In this document: positions 51,816-64,000 of the stretch, one piece after another
Numbering within the stretch: position 1 is the first letter of the stretch
Layout: every line of letters begins with the position of its first letter
Assembly: GCA_050084985.1 (NCBI GenBank)
Contig: JBITNC010000001.1
Location: forward strand, 154,008,001 to 154,072,000
Direction of reading: 5' to 3'
Origin: Nageia nagi
Taxonomy: Eukaryota > Plantae > Pinophyta
Length of the DNA: 64,000 nucleotides
Made by a program: the position numbers and the translations under genes
The notes under the pieces: model-generated
Told to the model about the DNA's origin: nothing
Database searches by the model: none
What the model saw: only the letters and a program-made list of their open reading frames with translations

Positions 51816-54800
51816 AAGAAAGAAAGAAAGAAATCATATTAATGTCCACAAATGACCAAAAGCGATCAATGGGATTGAAGAGTATACAAGTCCAAAGCAG
51901 CATGAAGGGCTTAGTGGCCCTCAATCAAAGCAAACTAAAACTTTAAGAACAATATAGGGACTAATCCTTAAAAAAAAAAAATAGTCAAACAAAGAAGCAT
52001 GAATAGCAAACATAGTCAAGGGGGAGGTCTCTCATGAGCTGTCTAATTGTGCACTCTTGGATTGATCTATGTTTGCATCGATGCTGCTATAGCTAAAGAA
52101 GGTCGTGATCCATTGTGACCTCATGGAACTAAGGCCAACATGCACCCTCTGTCTGGTACGATAAGTAGGCTGAGGTGGGTCCTTAATCCTTCGCCTATGA
52201 ACTCCCTCTCCTTAGGCAACCAGGAAGAATGAGATAATCAAGAGATCCCCTATCGAGTGTTGGGAGTCAGATAATAGACACTTTCTAAGAAGGAAAGTCT
52301 CTCTGAGATAGAGTGCTAAACAATAATGGTCCAAGTACTGGAAGAATATTGAGATCGAGCTATGTGCATCTCGAAAAAGATAGTGGTATCGCCCTCAAAT
52401 CTCATAATAGATCGAGCATCAGAAGATGAAATGATCCTTAGTATTAGTCTCTATCAAGCACAATCGGTAGACTCGAAGTTCACGTGCCAAATGGTGGTCA
52501 GTCTTGATCCAAAGTTGGTGGGAGCAACATCCTAAACTGGCCTAGAAACATCTGCAAGCCAAGAGGGAGGTGTAGGCTGACATAAGCGGGAGGTTGAATC
52601 AATCCTTAGGAAATTATGTGAGTCATGCAACAACTTGGGTGTGAGGAGAGACTTAGGGGCAACCCAAGTGCGCATAATATAGGCCCTGTAAAGCATGTCT
52701 CCAATCGATGCCAACGTAACATCTAGATCTTTGTAAGTATCTCCTTGGGGTATAAGTAATTGGTCCAGTGAAAACTCGAGATGCTACAATGCCTTAGAGA
52801 CCTCAAAGAACCAACACTAGCGACAACCTTGAGCTGCCAAGTCCATGGATGATGCTAAGGCTCTATAAGGGAGTCAATCATCTCTACCCATAGAAGCAAA
52901 GGTATGGAGACAATGAAGAAAAAGGACCATCAACACAAGGGATCATATCTACATAGGTTGGCATCCAAACTCTGCCAACATAATGTGATGCAAGACAGAC
53001 CTCTTGCTCCAAATAGAGTGAGATAGGGTGCTAACCAAGATCCTCTCGACTATGGCCCAATTCGAGCTCCTTAGGCTAGGGCCCCAAACCTCAAAACCAT
53101 ATAGTACTGTGGGAGTGACCAAAGTGTGGAATAACTGGAGCTTGGATGGGATATCCTGGAAATGTAACTAGACACACTGTCTCTCCAAGGAGGAAACTAT
53201 GGCATATCCTCATTGTACTCTGGGTTAGGCTATCGCTCACGTAGAGAATTAAGGTCCTATGAAGAGCACACCTAGGTAGGTGTAAGATGTAGCAATCTCA
53301 ATAGCCCTATCTCTGTAAGTGATATCAATCTAGTCAACAATGGCCTTCAAGGTGTTGAAGACCATAATATTGGTTTTATTGAGATTAACCACCAAGTCAT
53401 GTCTAATGCTGAACAAATCAAGGGTATCCATCAAATGCTAAAGATCCTTTACTGTGTGAGAGAGTAGTACAAAATCATCGACAAAGAGGAGGATGGGAAC
53501 ATGAGTGTTGTGGAGAAGACACCTGATGTCAATGCCTACAGTCTCGAGTATAAGTGACTCCAACTCATCAATATAGAGATGGAAGAGAGTCAAAGAAAGC
53601 GGGCAACCCTACTTCACCTCAATGGTGCTATGAATCGTGTCAGAGAGACCTTCTGCAGTATGTACCCTCCTTGAAACCAACTCGTACAGAGTCAAGATGG
53701 TTGTAAGGCCTAGCTCAAGGATCCCTAATCGTCTAAGTCTATCCATGAGTCTGTGACATTGAACAGTATCAAAAGCCTTCCTAAAATTTACAAAATAGCT
53801 AAAAATTGGGGTCTTCTAAAAGCTAGCCTCCTCAATAATCGTTTAAAGAGTGAGGATGTGGTCGATGGTGTGATGATCTCTACGAAAACCTGCCTATTCT
53901 CCTCCCCTAAATCCTTAGGTGCTCGCCAGTTGAGATGTGTAGTGCTTAAGAATGGTGGCATATAGCTTGGCCAAAGTGTGGCCAATCATAATGGTGCAGT
54001 AATTTCTCAGGTCATAAGGGTCACTTGATTTATGGATGGGGTGTATAATGTTCAGGGTCCAGGGATGGGGAAGCCGATGCAAATGATGGTGTTGAAGAGC
54101 TAGGAGAGGAAGGGGGCAAAATGGAACTAGCGTGCTTGAGATACTCAGCTTGAAGGTTTTTGATGTTAGATGCTTTCCCAGAACTAAGCTTACAGATGGT
54201 TTTATGGATGAGGGAAGGGGAAAAGAAGTCTAAGGAGGAAGGGTGAGCGATAGTGGATGAAGGGATGTGGTTTGGATCGGTGTAGAGCTTAGAGGCATAG
54301 ATGCTCCAATCTTGGAGGGTGATGAGGCTAGTGTGATGTTGTTTGGGTGAGAAAGAGTGCCAAAAAGATTTGGGATCGATGTGGAGTGTCGAGATGATAT
54401 CTTATCATCTTTTGGCCAAGAAGTGGTGCTTCTTAGACCTCAAGAGTTGATGGTAAGAGCGATGTAGGGAATGGATGACATGAGGAGGGTTTGCAAAGGT
54501 GATGGTCTATTTGAGATGGTGATGGCTAGATTTACACTCCATATTGAACTAATGGTTCATCGGAGAGTGACCAAGATGTCGAGGGCAAGGTGGGGGGTGG
54601 GTGATCTGAGGGAATATTTGCATGACAGTGGAGTGCAAGGTCTTGGAAAGGAAAAGTGCTTGGTCATTGATGGAGGAGAAAGAGTGCATGTGGGGAAGTT
54701 TTTGTTTCAAGATAAAGCCATAATTGGGGTCAAGATCCCGGTTAAAGTGGATGACTATGCGAGGTGTGGGGGGAGCGGGCTAATGGGTTAACACAGGGGG

Positions 54801-55730
54801 GAGGGGAGGGAAGTCCGTGAGTGAAAGTGTCAGGTGGGCATGATTAGCAAGGGGGAGACATGAGGTGACAAGGAGGGCTAACCAAGATGTAGTCCACAAT
54901 ATTGGACCCACGTATGTGGGGAAAACATGTGTGGTGGTAAGAGTGGGAGAATCAAGCAATACCATTCAAAATGATGAGGTTGTGGGTCTCTCCTAGCTCA
55001 AGGAGAGATCTACCATAGGAGGAGGTGGGCATAATATCATTAGATGCTCATTGGAGCTCTACATCCCGCTCTAAGGCCCTCTTGTGGAGAGGATCTATTT
55101 GTTCATCAAAGTACTACGTCTGAAGACTCCCTGTCCTACCATTGTATCCCCTACCAAGATGATATCCCCCAGCATTGTATATCTAGAGATCTCAAGGAAG
55201 AGGTCCTAGAATGAAGACTAACCCTCTCCATGGATGGCATAATGTGAGGTCACTGGAGGGAAGTAACAACCTGCTATGTATAGTATCCGAAGAGGTGGTG
55301 GTCTTGCAATGGATAGCCAAATGTAATGTGCATGCATGTCAATCCCCTCCACTCATATCCTACACTGCAAGCAATCACTTACCAAGAAGGTTACCCCTCT
55401 AGAGCCACGCTTGTATCTACCCCAATGAGTAGAATTCCTAAATGGAGAGATCCAAGAATAACTAGAGAAGGGGGGAGACCCTAGATAGCGCTCTCATGTG
55501 TCTCTGTGAAAAGAATCAAGTCTGTATTATGAATGATGTCAAGGACTGATCCTGGCGAAGACCAAATCATGTTGTTATAGTTCCATATTGTAAATGTGAG
55601 CATTGTAGGGGTGGCACATTGGCATCATTGTGGAGGTTTGGGGTGCACCTAGCTCGAAGGGGGGTGTCATGAATGACTGCCCCGTAATCTCGAATAACAA
55701 CCCATTTGTTATCTTTCCTAGCCATTGTTA
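51816..55730 (-). mobile_element. Decayed, 5'-truncated LINE (APE endonuclease - RT - C-terminal zinc-finger-like region), RTE/RTEX- or L2-like
   Basis: Minus-strand motifs: FTIWN and DLILFTETH (~55600-55495), GDIILVGD-NGRT (~55170-55130), RT STIEVK*GCPLSLTLFHLYIDEL (~53628-53560), PILLFVDDFVLLS, VNLNKT, YTYLGV, then SHQLWIKT and RLCL...DHFIF*C..Y.EI (~52520-52390). Possible (TTTC)n tail at 51816-51833. Confidence 0.88.
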
Positions 55731-56119
55731 GAGAATACAATTGCTTTTGGAAATAATTAGTTTATTTATCCTTTTTATTAGGTAGACATGTATGCAAAAT
55801 ATCATTTTTATTTGATAAGATGCATGGTGCAAATGCAAATTCATCGACTATAAATCATGCAAATACAATTAAAAAAAGAGTTTTTAGTGCTTGCTTTTAT
55901 AGCTCAGATGGATTTTTATGCAGGAAATATTGTTTGTTGTAGGTTCTTTAGAGCTCCGTTGGACGAGGTTTTAGGGTCGACTGAATGAAATGGGAGAATG
56001 AGCTAGAGTTTTGTAGTTTTACATGGTTTGAAACAAGCTTGCCAGCCTGCATTAATGACACATAATCGACATTGTGAAAGTTGGTGGCCTCGAGAAGTGT
56101 GGTCCATTTTTTTGTCTAC

Positions 56120-56525
56120 AAATTCATGAAACTAATATTGAATTTTAGTTTCACGAATGTGCACAATGGTTTTTTCATGTTTACATATTTGCGAAACTAA
56201 TGCTACATGCTAGTTTCGTGAATATGCGGCATAGTTTTTTTCTTTAATCTAGGTTTACATATTCGTGAAACTAATGCTACATGTTAATTTCATGAATATG
56301 ATACATTATTTTAGCAAATATGTTGCAAAGAGTTTTTGTTTTTTAAGTTAGGTCAACATATTCCCAAAACTAATAGGCAACATTAGTTTTGTGAATTCAT
56401 CATATTAGTTTAACGAATATATAAACATGAAAAAATTAAACCAATATATATTTTTAGCTTAACGAATCTGCAACCAAGATATTTTTTAGATATTAACTCT
56501 AAGGAATTAGTTTCACAAATATACC
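56120..56525. repeat. Array of short hairpin-forming units TTCGTGAAACTAAT-n-TAGTTTCACGAA
   Basis: Units at ~56123, 56188, 56260 and 56359, plus half-units out to ~56520. Confidence 0.6.
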
Positions 56526-56633
56526 CAAATCCTCATAAAAAAACGAACAAAATCCACAAAATTTTGCAACCAATATATAAAAATATCATACACCAGACGA
56601 AAATTCCCTTAGCTAAACAACTCTTATAATGAT

Positions 56634-57375
56634 GGCGAAGCATATGGGGCCTTCTAATTGACCCCCTTGCCCACAAGTGTCTTTTTTGATGCCTATCAGA
56701 AACAGAGGTGTCAGATGGTTGCTTTTCGATGACTGTTTTTATTTTTTAATTTTGATTATGTAGGATCGCTTTGGCGATTCTCTAGAACCGCTAGGTGATT
56801 CTTCTCTCTCTTTTTTTTTTAATTTTTTTTAGTAGAATCGCCAAGGGATTCTTTAGAACTGCTAGGCGATTCTCCATAAGATTTTTTTTTTCTAAAATAA
56901 AATTGATCTATCTACTATCATTTTTGTTATCTATAATACGATATAATGGTTAAAGTATGGAAATTTGAACTAGATGATTCAAGTTTAAATCCCAGTAAAG
57001 CTTTATGCCAAATCCAACATTTAGCATTTTTTTCACATTTTTTTGTGTGGGTAAAATCGCCTGACGATTCTAAAGAATCTATTGGAGATTCTAGAAGATC
57101 TTCTCAAGATTCTATGTAGAAACACCAGGTAATTCTATTTTTTGTAGAATCACCACGTAATTTTGTTTTTTAAAAAATTGCCAAATAATTCTATTTTTTT
57201 AGAATTGTTAGGTGATTCTCTAGAATCTCCAAATGATTATACCCATCCAAAATTTAAGAAAAACAAAAACAAAACGATCATGAAAAAATAACCTTCTAAC
57301 ACCTCTGAAATATCCTATTTTTGACATTCATCAAAATGCGAAAAAATCGATTGAAAAGCCTAATATGCTTCGGCC
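56634..57375. mobile_element. Mutator-type MITE (742 bp)
   Basis: Perfect 9-bp TSD TATAATGAT at 56625-56633 and 57376-57384. Imperfect TIRs GG(C)CGAAGCATAT... extend ~100 bp. Interior is built of GAATCGCC/GGCGATTC subrepeats. Confidence 0.85.
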
Positions 57376-57703
57376 TATAATGATATGTATCTATATCATT
57401 AAATCATCCCAACGATATCCTTCGCTCTTTCATTATGGAGTCTTTGACTAACGAGGTGAGGCAACTCGATTGCGTTTTTTTCAACTATTCATCTTCCTGT
57501 ACTTACAATTAATTATATGAATAATAGTAATATGAGGATGTAGTCCTCGTTGTTATTATGATAGCATTTTAGAAAAAAATTACATTTTATAAAATAATGC
57601 AATTACCAGATGCATCTATCTATATGTGTATATATGGAATCAAACAATATCTGCTTGGCTATAACTTAAGTCTTAAACAGCAGAGAGAATTCTATGTAGG
57701 CAG

Positions 57704-60700
57704 ATGGATATTCATGAAGAAACCCTGATTCCTGGTCTACCAGATGACATAGCACTCTTGTGCCTGACCAGAGTGCCATCTATATTCCTTCCCTTTCTGG
57801 GCAATGTCTGCAAAGCATGGAAACGCCTTGTTGAAAATCAGGACTTTTTACTTCATAGGAGGAAGACAAGTCATTTATATCCTTTGTCTTTGGTATTTTC
57901 TAGTTTCAATATCATTAACATGGTAATAATGATAGGAGACAAAATATAAAGTGTAGAAATCACCGTATGCTAATTCAATAACTGGCAGGGTTAAAGTGTT
58001 TTAATCAAAATCAATTGGAAGAGAGTTGAAGATTAGGTGAATTATTAGATTTTGGGACTGATCAATTTTATCTGAATTCTACCCTGTGGCTTATTATACC
58101 GTCTTTCTTTACCAAACGTGTTCAATTTATGCTTTAACTATGCTTATTTGAGCTAAAGGGAGATGGGAATTTTTTACCTTTGTGAAATTTACTTGTTGCA
58201 AGGAAACAATAACTTTGGCAAGATCTAAGAATGTTTGCAATTCTTGAATACAAAGAGAAATACTTGGTAAAGTAAAGTTTCATAGCTTATGGAGGATACC
58301 ATATTACTATTTATTGGGGAGAAAAGAGAGGTTGTGATCCAAACAAGAGTTCGTTCAAGATCTGCATAGAAGGTACTCAGTTTATGCTTCCAAGTAAATA
58401 TTAAGAATATAAGCAGCATGACCTAGAAAACAAATACATAGTGTGTTTAGGTCCAGGCTATCTTAATGGGAAAAAAAAACAAGTTAAAACATCATGGTTA
58501 TTTGATGTTTCAAGATATAGGTTTACCGTTTAACAAGTAGAAGTGTACAAATTTTTTTTGTCAAAAGTAGTGCGAAACACATGTAAAACGTATCCATTAT
58601 GCTGTAGAAAATATAAAGGTGGAATACTGCAAATTTCATTTGCAGACGTGTAAATACTAAATTGTTATTAATTCTTGTCTTTGGGATACAAGCAAGGCTG
58701 AATGAGTTAAACATATTTTCTTAATCTTAAGCAATTGATAACACCAGGAAAAAAAGGTAAATATTGAATTAAAGATGGAAGTTTATCCTTGACACATGTA
58801 TCCCAATACTCATGCCATTAACAAATATGTTGGCATATAATAGTATAAAATAGAGAGGCACTCGAAAATATATTTTCATACCCTCCAACCTTACTATCTA
58901 ATCTTGCAGAGTTTGTTCAATTGTTTCATTTGTTAGCACCCTAGTAACCAATCAGTGTTTTCACCTGTACTACTTTATCAAAATATATGGCAATGCCTGT
59001 AGTCTAAGCATTAGTACAACTTGAAAATGAATTTCATCTCATGTTTATTTTGTGGTTAAAGTATGAGATAACATCTCTCAATGCTCAAAACCTCCACCAC
59101 CTTTACCTGAGGGGAGGAGAAGAAAGTTGATAAAGTTTCCATAACCAAGTGCATCTTCTTTTCTGAAAATATTGAAGTTTGACTCTATTAAGTTGTTGCT
59201 TTCTGTCACTATAGATAGTCTCAAATCTGGTTTGTTGTAAAAATTGGAATTGTCTTCGTCGCCACTGACATTATTGTAGCCTTTGCAGACAACACCAGCC
59301 TGCTACTTGAGCGTGTAACTTTTCTTCTTAAAGTGCTTATACATCTTCATCCATGGTAAAAATCTGTCATTTTTCGAGAGGAGGCAGAAATGTTTATCTT
59401 CATTATCACTGCATCATTAAGCAAAACATATTTTGCTTCTATAATTTCATGAAACGTGATATGGAGTAGTTCCAGTTTATGTGTCACTTGGAGTTATGCC
59501 TTGCCTTGGTTACCAAGGTACCAAAGTTTAAACACTGTTATTTTTGGTGAATAATAGCTAGTGGGCTTCTGCCCCAGGAGCCACCAATGTTGGGATATAA
59601 GTTTTTTGAAACTAAACACACAAGCCTTTGCTTTCTGAATATGATTCCTTTGACATATAAAATGAGTTCAAGGGAGGATGCAAATAACGGAGGATAGTTA
59701 ATTGTTAAAAGCGGACACTTACACTAGATGCATGATTTGTTTTTACAATTTGACTATTAATATTGTTTATCTTAATTTGTTTATGACTGGAAAAAATTTC
59801 TACTAGTCTATTTCTTGAGGTAATCGTATCATAAGAAGTTTTGAGTCCTTTGACATTTTGTATTTATATATGTGCCTTTCAAAATATTCATCTTTATTCA
59901 AAGACAATTTATCTTTACTTTTTTCAGGCTGGCTCCTCAGAACGTTGGATTTGTATTCTTCCCGAAATCACAGAGTGGAAGTTTTCTGGCATACAATCCA
60001 GTATCTAACAAATGGCGTGCACTGCCTCCAATCCCTGGTTGGATATCCACTGAATTCTGGCAGGGTTTTGCATGTGCCTCCATTGGTCGCAGATTGCTTC
60101 TCATGGGGGGTGTGCAGCATCCTAAAGGTGTCAAGTTTCAGCATATCTTCCTTTGTGTTGTTTGAGTTTCCAATGCTTATTCTTCCCGAAATCAACGATT
60201 ATGATACAAGAGTAACAACTTACATTGGTTACAAAGTTGAATTGATTTGCTTTAGAGTGTTTTGACATAACTGGTGAAATTGTTTACTTTGCATGCACAC
60301 ATGCACTTAACCCAAGCGCATAAAGGTTGTCTGAAAATTCAAAAAAAGAAAAAATCATGAGTTTTCCATGGCTGAAGTCTTCGAAAGTCAGGATTGATCT
60401 CATACACAGCATTTTTGTCATATTTTGGGCCTTGAACAATGACATTGATACAACATTGATTGATAATATCTACAAGTATGAAAACCTGCCTGGATACAAC
60501 ATGGAATGCATACTCAGTTCCTGCTAATAGATGACTAGGTTTATAGGCATTTGCTTGCAGATTTCTCATGCACATAAATAATGCTGTTTCATTTTTTAGT
60601 TGTACTTCTTTGGGAAGCTTCCCTAAAGTTTCCATCATATTTATCTGACAGTATTGCTTTTGGTTGTCTTCAGTTGTTGCACCAACACCAAATTGCCTTG

Positions 60701-62797
60701 GAAGGCTGAGGGTTACATTATAAGTCTGGTTTTTTTGTGTCAAATTTGCTTAAGTACAAAATAGGTTCCTACTTTCGTTTTTGTTGTTTATTTTGTTGAG
60801 AATGCTTCTTACCAAAACATGCCCTACATAGCCTGGTGCACGTGTGCAGAATTCCATTTTTTTATCTAATCTTCATGACTAAGGATTTGTTTTTCACCAA
60901 AATCTGCCCTGGCTTTGCACCCATCCACATCCTTTTGGCCATAGCCAATGTGTTTCAAACCCTCGTGGAAGGCATGTAACTCACTGACGTCATCAATACA
61001 CATTCCATCAGATTGAAAACAGGCTGTTTAATCTTTAAAAAGTTTTAGATACACCTGGTCATGTATGTTTTATATAGTGCTTGATAAGTTGATTACATTC
61101 TAGTACTTCTTTTCTAGGTAAGGCTAAAGAGTATAGTAGATCAAGTGTGTCTTTGCATGAGTTAATCATGATTAATATTTTTTTTTAATTGTGATCTTTC
61201 TTTTAATGCTACTTTTGTTTAACTAACTTTAAATCGTGATCAATAGGTGCGGTTGCAGATGTGAAGGTTTATAATACTTGTACAAACCAGTGGTCTAATG
61301 CCAGAAGTATGAGCTCACCCCGTAGTTGGTTTACTGCAACTGTAATTCGAGACCTAGTTTATGTGGCTGGTGGTCAAGGAAAGATATCTTTTCTTGACAC
61401 TGCAGAAGCTTATGATTTGAAAAATCATGTATGGAAGCCCATAGCGAACATGAATTGTGTAAGGTACAGTTGCTGTGGTGTTACTCTTAATGCTCAATTC
61501 TGGGTCCTTGGAGGAGAATATGCAAGACAAAAGGGTCAGCGGAGGTTTATGATCCTTCAAGTAGACTGTGGGTGCTTATACCTGAGATGGGGATTGATAT
61601 ACACAAGGTAAGGTTTCCTATATCGAATACTTGTATCTTTAGCATGTTGCTATCTGTATTCTACAGAATTGAGAGTTGATATTTATAACTACTATTCTGC
61701 TTACGTTTATATGATTCATTATTTCCCTCTTTAACAGTTAAAAATAGCCATAATACATGACATGACAATACTGAGCTGCCTTGTCTATGTTTTAGAAAAT
61801 TAATTGATGCATATAGAATTGACATAGGCTGTTACAGAAGCTGATGGCAGGCAGACACAGATAATCATAAATAATGTTCTTTAAATTATTATTATAAACT
61901 TAGTAAAGCCTGCAAGTCCACAAGAGACATTGCTGGGGTGAATTTAGCTCGTCTTAGTAAAATTATCTCTTAACTTCTGGCAAGTGACATTGACCAATTA
62001 CTTAATCATTTGAATAAAGCGGGCTTAGAGTGTCATTTCCAGCGATACACATCTCAACTGGTACACTTGAATGGTGCTGTTGGATGCAGAACAAGGTAAT
62101 TCTAAATCCATCTAACATGCAGTCAGAAAAGGTACAAGCCCAATTATGGTGTGATCATATCTATTTGGAAATTGGTTTAAGAATCTTTCATTTTATGGAT
62201 GTACCATACATGACTGAATGTTTTGATGTGATTGTCCCTCATTATTAATTGAGAAATTTTGCAAGAATTTTTCTGAAATGCATATGCAAGACTTTACAAA
62301 ATATCATATCTACTGCATGTCAGCACAGATGTACTGTTAGGGTTGCATTTGTCTTCTGGTTGAAAAGGCATATGGGTTTTTGTTGCCAATATTGATGTTG
62401 TTTTCATTTCTTGCCAGTGTAGGTTCCTTGGCCTACTACAGTTCATAGAGAGCAGCTTCTTTGTGTGCACAAAAATAGAGTAATGCTTTATGTTAGAGAG
62501 ACAAATGAATGGATACATATTGACAATGTTATGGGTTGGGAAGATTATGGGAGCTCCTCTCAAGTATCCCATCATGGTTTCACATTTCAAAGTCTTGGCA
62601 ATGAGATTTATATCATTGGTGGCAGACAAGTATCTTGGTTAAATTCCAAGAGACCAATTAATAAAAACCTGAATACTGTAAAAATCTCTACCCTGCAGAA
62701 CCAAGGCAGCTCAAAATACCTACCATGGTGGAATGGTGCAAATATGGGCAGTGGCAGTGGAGGCACTATTCTTGCATCTTCTGTTGTATATGTGTAA
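57704..62797 (+). pseudogene. Pseudogenised tandem paralogue of the F-box/kelch gene; exons 57704-57865, 59928-60127, 61247-61607, 62423-62797
   Basis: Exons and introns are co-linear with 40577-44456. Intron-1 donor is AAG|ACAAGT instead of GC. A 2-bp deletion in exon 2 (~59975) gives TAA at 60006-60008. Exon 3 has a 22-bp deletion (~61528). Confidence 0.88.
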
Positions 62798-64000
62798 ATT
62801 TCTTCGAGTTAAATTATGCAAACCCTGCAAGTAAGATGCAATTTCTGTAAAATATTTGGGCAATTGTTGACTCTATATGATGTTTGTGTTTTCCATGGGA
62901 GTCATCATGATGATCATAAGAATGCCAACCACATTCCCCAAAGCTTTTACCATGGTAAAGTGAATAATTATTGGATTCTTATAACCTACAACATATCTAA
63001 ATGGCTGGCAAGACTGTAAATCTGGTACTGATGATGAGCTAATACGTTGAATCTGAAAAATTCTTTCAAGAAACCATGATTAAGATGTCATTCCACTCTC
63101 TATTCAACCTCTATATAGCGAGTCCACTGTAATTGTTCTATTCTTTAAAAAAAGGATATCAAAGATGTATTAATACTAATAAAATTGGTTAAAAAAGGAG
63201 CCATAGTCAAGAATGATCTCGAACATTCCTCGTCTTAGCTTAAAGATCACCTCCATGAAGTAGATAAGGATTGAAAAGAATCGAGGTAAAGACCACTTAG
63301 GATTAGTAATATAGATGTAAGAAATTAATCTTTAAATACAAAAGTTTAATATCTTGATTATTATAAAATGTACCATCTATAACTTCATTAATTGATTGGA
63401 CTACTTCAATGCTAAAATACTAAAGGAATCTTTTAAAAATATAATATTAAATTCATTAATGATACTAATATCTTTAATGTTAAAGTATTCTCAACATTTT
63501 TCTAATTTTCAATTTAACAATAATAGATCAATCCGTAGATGATTTTCACTAAGAGTCATCATCCAAATCTTTCAATGATCTCCTCGTAGTAAGTGTCATA
63601 CACTTGTTACTTATTAACTTCAAGGCTCCTTATATTTGTTGTTGAGACATCATAGGCAATACCATATTACCACTTTCTTTAAGGATATTAGTAGTCCTCC
63701 AACCTTAGATGTTAGGAGCAACTTAATATTGTAATTCTAGGGTTTAGGTTTGGTGAATGTCACATCTCTTCACCCCTATGTTTGTTTATTTATTTGTTTT
63801 AGTTGGTTCTTTTCTCCAAGGACTTTTCTTTTAGTTCCTTTCTATTTTTTCGATTGTACCTCCTAGTCCCTTTGACCTTATTGATCACCCATGAACATTA
63901 ATATAATTATCTTATCTTATTTCAAGCTTAGTAATTAGTAATGGATGAAATGAGTTTCACTCGTCTTAAAACCTTTAAACTTATTGAGTAATGATTGAAC

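Noticed and set aside
49670-57430. One large TIR element spanning the minisatellite, LINE and MITE
   Set aside because: Only weak end similarity and no TSD found, so it is kept only as a hypothesis in the findings.
59975-61530. The -2 and -22 deletions in F-box copy 2 sum to -24, suggesting compensating frameshifts
   Set aside because: The shifted frame hits TAA at 60006-60008 long before the second deletion, and the intron-1 donor is also lost.

Overview
Eukaryotic plant nuclear DNA, AT-rich and dominated by transposons. It is probably a gymnosperm, inferred from very long TE-filled introns and a Tat-type Ty3/gypsy with PR-aRH-RT-RH-INT order. 1-20.2 kb is a nested stack of LTR retrotransposons: a decayed Tat-type pol, two structurally complete non-autonomous gag-protease elements (4557-9988, TSD GAGTA; 12652-18190, TSD ACTGA) and several solo or partial LTRs. 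21.3-30.0 kb holds three exons of a TMEM184/DUF300 (LAZ1-like) gene on + that stops at a 23-N assembly gap. 40.6-44.5 kb is an intact 4-exon F-box/kelch-repeat gene (373 aa) with a GC-AG first intron; a pseudogenised tandem copy lies at 57.7-62.8 kb. Between the copies are a Mutator-like element carrying a glycosyltransferase family 61 fragment (Pack-MULE, 45600-46702), a decayed LINE that does not look like a typical plant L1, minisatellites and a MULE-type MITE (56634-57375). The most notable items are the Pack-MULE and the non-autonomous LTR family, in which RT-RH-INT is replaced by an in-frame 20-aa-repeat plus hydrophobic-segment extension. All calls come from reading the sequence by eye; no database searches were run.
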